Below, piece by piece: positions 54,473 through 64,000 of a stretch of DNA of 64,000 nucleotides (its first letter is position 1; each line of letters opens with the position of its first letter). The notes under the pieces were generated by a model. That model did no database searches and was not told the DNA's origin. It saw only the letters and a list, made by a program, of their open reading frames with translations. The stretch comes from Azolla caroliniana. Taxonomy: Eukaryota; Plantae; Polypodiophyta. The stretch covers positions 28,210,001-28,274,000 of the forward strand of contig JBHGNT010000001.1 in assembly GCA_043228905.1 (NCBI GenBank). Reading direction: 5' to 3'. The translations under genes were made by a program, and so were the position numbers.

Positions 54473-56774
54473 AACCCTGTACGGGAAAAAACCACGGGAG
54501 TACAAGACTCCAAACCAACACTATGCACAGAAAGGTATACAATGGTGAGCTGCAAGGCGACGACCTTGACCTCGCTGTCCTCGCCACAGGCGGCGGAAAT
54601 ACACAGAGGCGTCGTCCTCTTCCTCTCTCGCGCTCTATCTCTCTCTCTCTCTCGCGGCTGCTCTCTCTTCACTCTTCTAGAGTGGAAAAACAGAAAAATG
54701 AATAGCAACACCAAAACAGTTTGCCCTAAGTCATATTTATACATATATGACTTTGGGGCTATTTACAACTATAGCCTCAGGGGGGCCCTTAACAGACATA
54801 TTCACGGATATGTCCCTGCATCCGGATCTCTTCTTCGGGTACATTCGTCATCCGACTCCGAAGTCGGGGTCTTCATCATCCGGTTCCGAAACCGAAACTG
54901 GGCTTGTCGGCATTCATCTCCGACATCCGACCATCCCATCCGAAGGGACCGTAATCCCAACAATATCAGCCGGTCGGCTAGATGATGAAGGCTACACGGG
55001 TAGCATCCGGAACGGTGTCATGAAGTTCAGCAAAGGGAGCCTGATTGTGGCTCGGGCCCAGAAGGTCAACACGTTGTACCTGATGAATGCCCGGTTATGT
55101 CCGGAAGAAGTGAACGTGGCATCCGACACTGTCGGTGAGCTGTGGCACAAGAGGTTGTGTCATATGAGCGAGAAGGGGATGAAGAGGCTTGCAGACGACA
55201 ACCTCATTCCAGTGAAGAACGTGCACTGATTGTCTGGCCGGTAAGCAGAACCGGACCTCCTTCCGACCAAGGCCATCGATGAGACGCAATGCACCACTGG
55301 AGTTGGTGCATACGGATGTGTGTCAAGTAGACACGAAGTCACATGCCGGAGCGCAGTACTTCGTGACGTTCATAGATGACCACAGCCGGAAGCTGTGGGC
55401 CACATCGCTAAAGACGAAGGACCAGGTGTTATCCGTCTTCAAAGAGCTCCACGCGAGAGTGGAAAGAGAAACCGGCCGGAAGCTGAAGGCGGTTCGAGCA
55501 GACAACGGAGGAGAATACCGGGGGCAGTTCGAGGAGTACTGCCGCTCGAAGGGAATCCGGCTCGAATTTACCGTGCCGAAGACGCCGGAACTAAACGGAC
55601 TGGCCGAGAGGATGAACTGGACCATAATGGAGAGGGTCCGGAGTATGCTAGCGCATGCAAAACTACCCAAGAAGTTTTGGGCTGAGGCATTGTCGACGGC
55701 GACATACGTGATAAATAGATCACCCTCAGTACCCTTGGACGGAGACACGCCACAGAGAGTGTGGACTAGTAAGGAAGTATCCTATCGGCATCTGAAGGTG
55801 TTCGGGTGTCTCGCGTACGTGCATGTAGCTAAGGACCGGAGAGGAAAGCTAGATCCAAAGACCCGGCCATGCATATTCCTCGGTTACGGTGACGATGAGT
55901 TCAGCTACCGAGTGTGGGACCCGGTCGACAAGAAGGTATTCCGGAGTCGAGATATTATCTTCATGGAGGACAAGACACTCGCCGACTGGGAGTCGGAGAA
56001 GAAGATAATGAACTCCGAGTCGACTGGTAAGGATCGACTCTACGATGAGCAGACCCAACCGGCAAGAGACTAGTTAGCACTCGAGGAACCAGCCGGTTAC
56101 GGTGAGGATACCAAACCGGTAGAAGAAGAAGTAGAGGAAGCTGAGACCGGAACCGGCCAAGACCCCGAATCGGATTCGGATGAAGAGCAAATGGAGGAGC
56201 CGGTTACCGAAGCCCGAAGACGTAGATATCCTCTCAGAGAGAGAAGGGCGCCCCAGAGATTTCCGGATGCAGAGCATGTTCTGCTGACCGATGAGGGGGA
56301 GCCAGAAAGTTTCGAAGAAGCGAAGGAAGACACCCACAACCGAAAATGGTTAAGTGCCATGCAGGATGAGATGGATTCCCTGCATGAGAACCATACGTAC
56401 GAATTGGTGGAGTTGCCGAAAGGAAAGAGGGCACTCCGAAACAAGTGGGTGTACAAGTTGAAACCGGGAGATGCCGGCAACCCCCCGAGATACAAAGCCA
56501 GGATCGTGGTGAAGGGGTTCCAGCAGAAGAAGGGCGTGGACTTCGACGAGATATTTGCCCCGGTAGTAAAGATGACCTCCATCCGGACGGTGCTGAGTAT
56601 AGCAGCAAGCATGGACCTCGAGGTAGAGCAGCTGGACGTGAAGACGGCATTCCTTCACAGCGACCTCAAAGAGGAGATCTACATGCAGCAACCGGAAGGA
56701 TTTGTGGAGAAAGGGAAGGAGCACCTGGTATGCCAGTTGAAGAAGAGCCTGTACGGACTGAAACAGGCTCCCCG

Positions 56775-59700
56775 TGTCGAATACATGTGTATAATGGACG
56801 TATTCATACTATCCCGTTTTGGCCATTTATGTAATTAGCATAAAGGGCAGCTGCCCTAAGTCGGTCACTATATATAGTGACCTTGTAACCTTTTTGTAAG
56901 GTTGGATGTTGTATTATTGCTTTATGAAATAAGAAGTTCTTTTGTGCCTCTTTCTCTCTCTCTCTCTCTCTCTCTGTGCAACGACATACAAACTGTCATA
57001 CGCAGGCATTCCTCATAGCAATCGAATGCTACTTGATTCCGCACAGACGACATTGTCTCCAACATCTGGTATCAGAGCTTGAACAGAATCGGTCCTTCAA
57101 TCCGCTGTCGGCCGTCGTCTCAGCATTCGGTTTCCTGCGTCACTCGAAGAAGAGAGAAGAAGAAGAAAAACCAGGTTTGCATCTCATTGCGTTAGATCAT
57201 CTTTGCTTGGAGTAAGCCAGCAGGTTGTACTCCGTCCTCCGTGATCGTAACCGCTCGAGGTGAAATCCCCTTGTGCAACATTGACACGATCGTGCTCCAT
57301 TCGGTTAAACGGCATCCGAAGAGGTCATCAATCGCCGCTCGTTGTAACCATTCGGTGCAGATCGGTCTCAAGACAACAACCCCAATTCGTGCTTCATCCG
57401 GCTGATCGACATTCGAGAGGATCAGTTGGATCCATCTCTCTCGTCGCTGCAGCCACCCGAAGCAGAATCGGTCCAGATAATCGGTTTTAATAATCGGTAC
57501 TCGGCATATATATCCGAAGCGAACCGGACTCACTCCGACTCGGTAACATTCGGGAAGACCAGTCGGTTCTGTCCCTCAAGCTACCGAAGTCAATTCGAGC
57601 AAGTTCCGAAGCCGAACCTACTCGGGTTCAAATCCGACTAGAACGATATCGGGTGAGCCAACCGGCTGCACTCCAACAAGGTTCGTAGTCGACTCCGAAC
57701 CGAGCTTCGTCAACCGAAACCGAATTCGATGGCATCAACATCCGGCTCGTCAGAAATGAGTCTACGAAAGTTCGATGGATCGAACTTCAACTTCTGGAAG
57801 GAGCAAATGCAGGACTATCTCATAGTCAAGGGGCAAATCGATCCCATCGAAAATGAAGAACCTCCAGAAGGATACAAACCAATTGAGTGGCAGAAGCTGG
57901 ACAGAATCGTCCGCGCCACGATTCGGATGCACCTATCAGAATCGGTATACTTTACGGTGCAATCGTGTACGACAGCATTCGAACTGTGGAAAACACTGTC
58001 GGACACTTACGAAAAGAAGGTCGCCGCAACGAAGATGTTTCTGATCCGGCGCCTCTACAACTTGCGGATGAAAGAATCCGATTCGGTTCAAGCACACCTC
58101 AATGAGTACGAAAGCATAAGCTCCCAAATCTCGTCACAGGGGACGGCAATCGAGGATGAACTCAGAGCAATGATACTCATGAGCAGCCTTCCCTCATCAT
58201 GGGAAACTTTCGTCACAACCGTGTGCAACGCGTCAACCACGGCTGTTAAGTACTCCGAAGTCACGAGCGCAATCCTGACCGAAGCAGCTCGGAGAAAGTC
58301 TTTCGCCAAAGACTCAACAGACGACGCTTATGTAGTACAAGGTTCGACAGACCGATCGAACATGCGAGGAAGAGATTCCTCACGACCGCCGAACAATCAG
58401 CGAAGACGGAGCCAGTCACGGGATAACCGAATCTGCAACTATTGCAAGAAACCCGGACACATCAAAGCCGACTGCCGCGCACTCAAGAACAAGAACAACA
58501 AGAAGAGTGGCCGGCATGAGGAGATCAATTACGTCAGCTTCTCAGCTGATGTACTACCGGACGACCCGAATATACTATCAATCGAAAATCCAGTCGGATC
58601 AGAAGTTCTACTCACGACTGAAGAATCGAGCACATGGCTCTTAGATTCGGGCGCGTCATTTCACGTGACTCCTCATCGATCCCAATTTCGGCAATATACG
58701 ATCCGTCACTCCGACTCAGTTCGAGTCGGCAACTCACAACACTGTGACATCATCGGAATCGGCACAGTAGAGCTCAACCTTGCAGGTGGCTCTACACTTG
58801 TACTTCACAATGTCCGACATGTACCCGAGCTCTCAAGGCCATTGATCTCAGTCGGACAACTAGATGAAGACGGCATTCGTGCCGGCTTTTCTTCGGGAGG
58901 GTGGACGCTCCACAGGGGGAACCTCCTGCTTGCTAGAGGACCCAAGATACACTCACTGTATCCGTTACATGTTACACTCAGAGAGGGTAACCTGTTTTTG
59001 GTGGATATTCCTGTGTCATCACTATGGCACCGAAGATTAGGACACCTCAGCAAGGCCGGCATCACGCACCTATCTAGAGCCGGATACATCCCCAAACTCT
59101 CCTTCTCCGACCATCAATTCTGCGAGCATTGCCAGTATGGCAAACAAACAGCCGCATCACACCCGACATCCGCACCAAGAGAAACGAGACCTCTTGATTT
59201 AGTCCATTCGGACGTCTGTGGCCCAATGCCGCATCAGTCTCTAGGCGGTGCCTCTTACTTCGTCACTTTTATTGACAATTCGACTCGAAAGGTGTGGGCT
59301 TATCCAATTCGCACCAAAGATCGGGTCTTCTCGATCTTCTCAGATTGGCTCGCTATGGTAGAAAATCAAACCGGCCGAAAACTGAAATGCTTTCGGACCG
59401 ACAACGGGGGAGAGTTCAAATCCGAAGAATTCGTCAAATTCTGCCGACAACGCGGCATCCGACGTGAATTTACGGCACCACACAGTCCGGAGCAAAACGG
59501 GATTGCAGAACGAATGAATCGGACAATCCAAGAAAGGATAGTTTCCATGCTCCAACACTCCGGACTGTCGGATGGCTTCTGGGCAGAGGCTCTACTCACG
59601 GCAGTACACATAATCAATATGTCGCCAAGTAGACCTCTAGGACTTCAAATTCCTCAGGAACTATGGATCGGCAGTAAGCCGAATTACGACAAGCTGAGGA

Positions 59701-62225
59701 TCTTCGGATGCGAGGCGTACGCCCTTATTCCGAAAGATGATCGCCGCAAACTTGCACCTCGGTCCAGGAAATGCATTTTCCTTGGATATGGATCAGACGG
59801 CGAAATGGGATACCGACTCTGGGACCCCGAACGCAGACAAATCGTTCGAAGCTCGGACGTTGTGTTCAACGAGTCGGCTATGAATCCATCAGTCGAAAAA
59901 CCGATCGAAGTCCGAAGGGTAACATTCTCCGATGTACCGACCCTTCAAGAAGGCCCCGCTCTTAACACACGGTCAGCTTCACGGGTAGCTGAACCTTACA
60001 CTACCGACTCGGACAACCCCGACTCGGCACAGCAGAACAATCCGCTTTCGGACCATCCGACCTCGATACCCGATGCGACCAGTCCAATCATACCTCGACG
60101 ATCCGAGAGACTGTCGCAACCTCCGGAGAGGTATTCTCCTGGAATTTTTTTCACTGACGCCGGAGAACCGACGTCTTACGAAGAAGCATCGACATCTGTC
60201 GATTCCGCCACCTGGCATCTGGCGATGGAGTCGGAAATGCACTCCATCCGGGCAAACAAGACTTGGGATCTGGTCGAATTACCTAGGAACCGACGTGCTC
60301 TTCCTTGCAAGTGGGTTTATCGACTAAAAGAGACGTCTGATTCGACCATCCCAAAGTACAAGGCCAGATTAGTTGCGAAGGGCTTCCGACAAGAATATGG
60401 CGTCGACTTCGACGAGATTTTTTCACCAGTGGTGAAAATGACAACCCTTCGTTTTTTACTCGGCGTCGTGGCAGCCGACAACCTGGAGCTGATCCAGCTA
60501 GATGTCAAAACAGCATTCCTCCATGGTGATCTTGAAGAGGAAATTTATATGGAGCAGCCAAAAGGCTTCGTGGCAACTGGCCAAGAACATCTAGTCTGCC
60601 GACTCAGGAAGAGTCTATACGGCCTCAAACAGGCACCACGACAATGGTACAAGAAGTTCGACGACTTCATCCAATCGATCGGCTTCTCCAAAAGCGATGA
60701 GGACCATTGTCTCTTCACCAACACAGCTCAAGATGGATCACCCATCTTCCTCATCATTTACGTGGACGACATGCTAATTTCTGGACGCCACGCGGGCGAA
60801 CTTGCCGATCTCGTTCGGCAACTGCGGTTGAAGTTTGCCATGAAGGACCTTGGTCCGGCACGACACATACTCGGCATGAAGATTAGTCGGCATCGCGATA
60901 AACGACATCTTTTTTTGTCTCAGACCGACTATATCCGACGTGTCTTGGAACGCTTCAACATGCAATCAGCCAAATCTGCTTCAACCCCGCTCCCAATGAA
61001 TCTTCGGCTCTCTCAGCGAGACTGCCCGACATCCGGCCCGGAGGGGGAAGATATGAAGTCGGTATCGTATGCACCGGCAGTCGGCTCCCTTATGTACCTG
61101 ATGGTCGCGACACGGCCTGATATTTCTCACGCCGTGGGAGTCGTTAGCAGATTTATGCACAATCCTGGCCGATCGCATTGGAACGCAGTCAAGCATGTGT
61201 TCAGATATCTGGCTGGCACAAAAGACCACGGCATTCTTTTCGGTCCGAACCGAACCTCAGGCGTAGTCGGTTACACCGACTCGGATTTCGCCGGCTGTAT
61301 AGACAGTCGGAAATCAACAACCGGATACTGCTTCAAATTCGGCAATGGAGCAATCTCGTGGAAGTCGAAACTTCAGGAGTGCACAGCGACCTCAACGACC
61401 GAAGCAGAATATGTAGCTGCGTCCGACGCAGCAAAAGAAGCCTTGTGGCTCGGTCGGCTGGCGCACACGTTTCGACAAGTCGACCATGACTCGGCTCCAG
61501 TTGTCTACAGCGACAGTCAAGGTGCTGTTGCCTTGTCGAAAAATCCGGTTCACCACAACGCCTCCAAACATATCGACATTCGATATCACTTCGTTCGGGA
61601 CTGCGTCATTTCAGGGAAAATCGGTCTAGAGAAAATATCCACAACCGACAATGTCGCAGATGGAATGACCAAGTGTCTTTCGGCAGACCGCTTTCGGTCT
61701 CTTCGGCATCAGATGGGCGTAACGACAAACCAGTCCGGTTAGAGCCGGACACAGAGCAGGATGGTTCCCGACAACCGACATCAGTTCCTTAATGATCGGC
61801 TTCAACTATTCCGACCCGACCAGTTCGGTCTTCTGCCTTCGGACCCTGCCGACTCGAACAAAGCTAATATGTCCGAGAACCTAAGTCTATACCTGTAATC
61901 TTAGATAACCCATGTATACGCCCATTACGGGGGAGTGTCGAATACATGTGTATAATGGACGTATTCATACTATCCCGTTTTGGCCATTTATGTAATTAGC
62001 ATAAAGGGCAGCTGCCCTAAGTCGGTCACTATATATAGTGACCTTGTAACCTTTTTGTAAGGTTGGATGTTGTATTATTGCTTTATGAAATAAGAAGTTC
62101 TTTTGTGCCTCTTTCTCTCTCTCTCTCTCTCTCTCTGTGCAACGACATACAAACTGTCATACGCAGGCATTCCTCACAGCAATCGAATGCTACTTGATTC
62201 CGCACAGACGACATTATCTCCAACA
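56775..62225 (+). mobile_element. Ty1/copia element D (Tork-like), intact
   Basis: TSD CCCCG. 290-bp LTRs at 56775-57064 and 61936-62225 (2 differences seen), PBS TGGTATCAGAGC at 57067, PPT ACGGGGGAG. Confidence 0.96.
57729..61742 (+). CDS. Copia Gag-Pol, 1337 aa, intact
   Basis: KFDGSNFNFWK, CNYCKKPGH, WLLDSGAS, HSDVC/TDNGGE/AERMN, YVDD, GYTDSDFAG. Confidence 0.96.
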   Translation: MASTSGSSEMSLRKFDGSNFNFWKEQMQDYLIVKGQIDPIENEEPPEGYKPIEWQKLDRIVRATIRMHLSESVYFTVQSCTTAFELWKTLSDTYEKKVAATKMFLIRRLYNLRMKESDSVQAHLNEYESISSQISSQGTAIEDELRAMILMSSLPSSWETFVTTVCNASTTAVKYSEVTSAILTEAARRKSFAKDSTDDAYVVQGSTDRSNMRGRDSSRPPNNQRRRSQSRDNRICNYCKKPGHIKADCRALKNKNNKKSGRHEEINYVSFSADVLPDDPNILSIENPVGSEVLLTTEESSTWLLDSGASFHVTPHRSQFRQYTIRHSDSVRVGNSQHCDIIGIGTVELNLAGGSTLVLHNVRHVPELSRPLISVGQLDEDGIRAGFSSGGWTLHRGNLLLARGPKIHSLYPLHVTLREGNLFLVDIPVSSLWHRRLGHLSKAGITHLSRAGYIPKLSFSDHQFCEHCQYGKQTAASHPTSAPRETRPLDLVHSDVCGPMPHQSLGGASYFVTFIDNSTRKVWAYPIRTKDRVFSIFSDWLAMVENQTGRKLKCFRTDNGGEFKSEEFVKFCRQRGIRREFTAPHSPEQNGIAERMNRTIQERIVSMLQHSGLSDGFWAEALLTAVHIINMSPSRPLGLQIPQELWIGSKPNYDKLRIFGCEAYALIPKDDRRKLAPRSRKCIFLGYGSDGEMGYRLWDPERRQIVRSSDVVFNESAMNPSVEKPIEVRRVTFSDVPTLQEGPALNTRSASRVAEPYTTDSDNPDSAQQNNPLSDHPTSIPDATSPIIPRRSERLSQPPERYSPGIFFTDAGEPTSYEEASTSVDSATWHLAMESEMHSIRANKTWDLVELPRNRRALPCKWVYRLKETSDSTIPKYKARLVAKGFRQEYGVDFDEIFSPVVKMTTLRFLLGVVAADNLELIQLDVKTAFLHGDLEEEIYMEQPKGFVATGQEHLVCRLRKSLYGLKQAPRQWYKKFDDFIQSIGFSKSDEDHCLFTNTAQDGSPIFLIIYVDDMLISGRHAGELADLVRQLRLKFAMKDLGPARHILGMKISRHRDKRHLFLSQTDYIRRVLERFNMQSAKSASTPLPMNLRLSQRDCPTSGPEGEDMKSVSYAPAVGSLMYLMVATRPDISHAVGVVSRFMHNPGRSHWNAVKHVFRYLAGTKDHGILFGPNRTSGVVGYTDSDFAGCIDSRKSTTGYCFKFGNGAISWKSKLQECTATSTTEAEYVAASDAAKEALWLGRLAHTFRQVDHDSAPVVYSDSQGAVALSKNPVHHNASKHIDIRYHFVRDCVISGKIGLEKISTTDNVADGMTKCLSADRFRSLRHQMGVTTNQSG

Positions 62226-63916
62226 CCCCGGCAATGGTACCGGAAGTTCGACTCCTTCATGACCGATCAAGGGTACCACAAGACGCAGGCCGATCACTGC
62301 GTGTTTGTGAAGAAGTTCGAAGGAGGGGACTTCCTGATACTCCTCCTGTACGTGGATGACATGTTGATCGTCGGACGAGACCAAGGCAAAATACGGATGC
62401 TGAAGAAGGCTCTCAACCGAACCTTCTCAATGAAAGACTTGGGTCCGGCAAGACAGATGTTGGGGATGCACATCATTCGGGACCTGTCAGTGAAGCAATT
62501 ATGGCTGTCACAGGAGAAGTATGTGACAAAGGTGCTTCACCGGTTCAACATGTCAGAAGCAAAACCGGTCGGATCGACACTTCTGGCAAACTGCAAGTTG
62601 TCCGGTAACCAAAGCCCGAAGACGAAAGCAGAGAAGGCGGATATGATGAAGATTCCATATGCCTCTGCCGTCGGGAGCTTGATGTACGCAATGTTTTGTA
62701 CCCGACCGGACATAGGATACGCAGTCGGAATGGTGAGCCTGTTTATGAGCAATCCCGGCAAGGAGCACTGGAACGCGGTCAAATGGATACTCCGGTATTT
62801 GAAGGGCACTTCAAATATGTGTCTCCGATTCGGCTCCGGAAAACCTCAACTGGACGGTTTCACCGATTCGGACATGTCGGCTGATGTGGATACCAGCCGG
62901 TCTACATCCGGGTATGTAATGACATATGCAGGGGGAGCTGTTTCGTGGCAGTCGAGGTTGCAGAAGACGGTTGCATTGTCAACCACGGAGGCGGAGTACA
63001 TGGCGGTTGTGGAAGCCGGCAAGGAAATTTTATGGATGAAGGACTTCATCGGAGAGCTCGGTATACGGCAAGAGGAATACCGACTCTATTGCGACAGTCA
63101 AAGTGCCATCCACCTTGCTAAGAATGCGGCCTACCATTCCCGGACGAAGCATATCCAGCGGAGGTATCACTGGATCCGGGAAAGAGTAGATGACCAGGAG
63201 TTCGCACTGACGAAGATCCACACGGCCGAGAACGGGTCAGATATGCTGACCAAAGTGCTGACACCCGACAAGCTGGACGCATGCCGGAAGAGGAGCGGAC
63301 TGGTAAGACACCCCATGCCAGAGTGAAGGGGGATTTTGTTGGGAGACAGGTCTCTCCCGATGGGAAGGGAGAAGAACGGTGCCGATGAACTGGATGAGGA
63401 GTACCCGGCTACGGAGAGCCGGATGGTGCAGGCCCGGTGTGAACCGGAGGAAGAGACATATTCGTAAATATGTTTCTGAGAACCCATCGAGGCTATATTT
63501 GTAAATAGCCGAAAAGTCATATAAGTATAAATATGACTTAGGGCAAACTTTTTAGGTTTGTTGTCATTTTTCTTGTTGGTGCAAGAAGAAGAGAGAGCAC
63601 GTAACAGTGTACAGAGAGAGAGAGAGAGAGAGAGAGAAAGAGGTCGTTGCCTCTGTTGTAACCGCCGCCTGTGGCGAAGATCGTGAGCACGAGGTCGTTG
63701 CCTTTGTGAACTCACTGTTTTGTACATTCTTACATAGTGATAGTTTGCAGCCTGTGGGCTGCCGTGGTTTTTCCCTCTTTGGGTTTTCCACGTAAACATT
63801 CTGTGTACCCTTTTTCTCTCCTTTGTGTCGCGTGTTTTCGTTTCCTGTTTCCTGTGTATGAAAAGAAGCTCGGTTGTGGCCGAGCGTTGTGTATAAGGAG
63901 TGTTGAGTTCCCTTCA

Positions 63917-64000
63917 CTCCGTCAATCCATTCGTCTGCGGATGGTAGGGTGACGTGAATAATTGTTGGATTCCTAATTATGTAGAAACTAGGCGTAGGAG
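63917..64000 (-). pseudogene. Upstream part of the gypsy integrase relic that hosts copia A
   Basis: Minus strand encodes TIFTSPYHPQTNGLTE. Confidence 0.75.

Larger units (their letters stand above)
44281..54962 (-). mobile_element. Ty1/copia element B (intact ORF; 5' LTR interrupted by element C)
   Basis: TSD ATATC. 3' LTR 44281-44892, 5' LTR 49010-49136 plus 54478-54962 (about 4 differences seen), iMet PBS ending at 49006. Confidence 0.95.
43151..63326 (+). pseudogene. Gag-pol of copia A in three pieces (43151-44280, 54968-56774, 62231-63326)
   Basis: Gag, knuckle and protease, then integrase and RT, then RT and RNase H. Stops at 44258 and 56071, and a frameshifting deletion near 55228. 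Confidence 0.9.
36638..63916 (+). mobile_element. Ty1/copia element A (TAR-like), degenerate host of four nested insertions
   Basis: TSD CTCCG. 5' LTR 36638-36957 plus 42814-43121, PBS TGGTATCAGAGCG at 43124, PPT GAAGGGGGA, 3' LTR 63337-63916. Confidence 0.93.

Noticed and set aside
44281-54962. Apparent tandem dimer or assembly duplication of one copia
   Set aside because: The AACCC TSD, distinct LTR pairs and scattered substitutions show a true nested insertion.
54056-54985. 309-aa ORF with an internal duplication
   Set aside because: Artefact of two adjacent related LTRs read in antisense.

Overview
Gene-free, transposon-dense eukaryotic DNA. The element families suggest a non-seed land plant such as a fern (inference). 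Almost every base belongs to nested LTR retrotransposons whose LTR, PBS, PPT and TSD boundaries can be read directly. Left nest: a non-chromovirus Ty3/gypsy (1-3428) inside a degenerate copia (3429-9035), inside a decayed chromovirus that also holds a gag-only copia derivative (10711-12941). Middle: a hAT transposase pseudogene interrupted by a young intact Tcn1/sushi-like chromovirus (16012-21694), then a decayed Bianca-like copia with a solo LTR, and a non-coding LTR element (32274-35873). Right nest: a copia (36638-63916) inside a gypsy integrase relic, carrying four further insertions, three of them intact copia. Most unusual signals: (1) the non-coding LTR element has tRNA primer-binding sites in opposite orientations at both inner LTR flanks, each 5 nt from the LTR, and no adjacent PPT; (2) a TSD-flanked non-autonomous gypsy has two different LTRs and one 1435-aa Gag-plus-repeat ORF; (3) the Tcn1-like element shows Tf1-type self-priming, a -1 frameshift pseudoknot and a tRNA-like hairpin in its LTR. 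Coordinates were counted by eye. tRNA and lineage assignments come from recalled consensus sequences, not from database searches.
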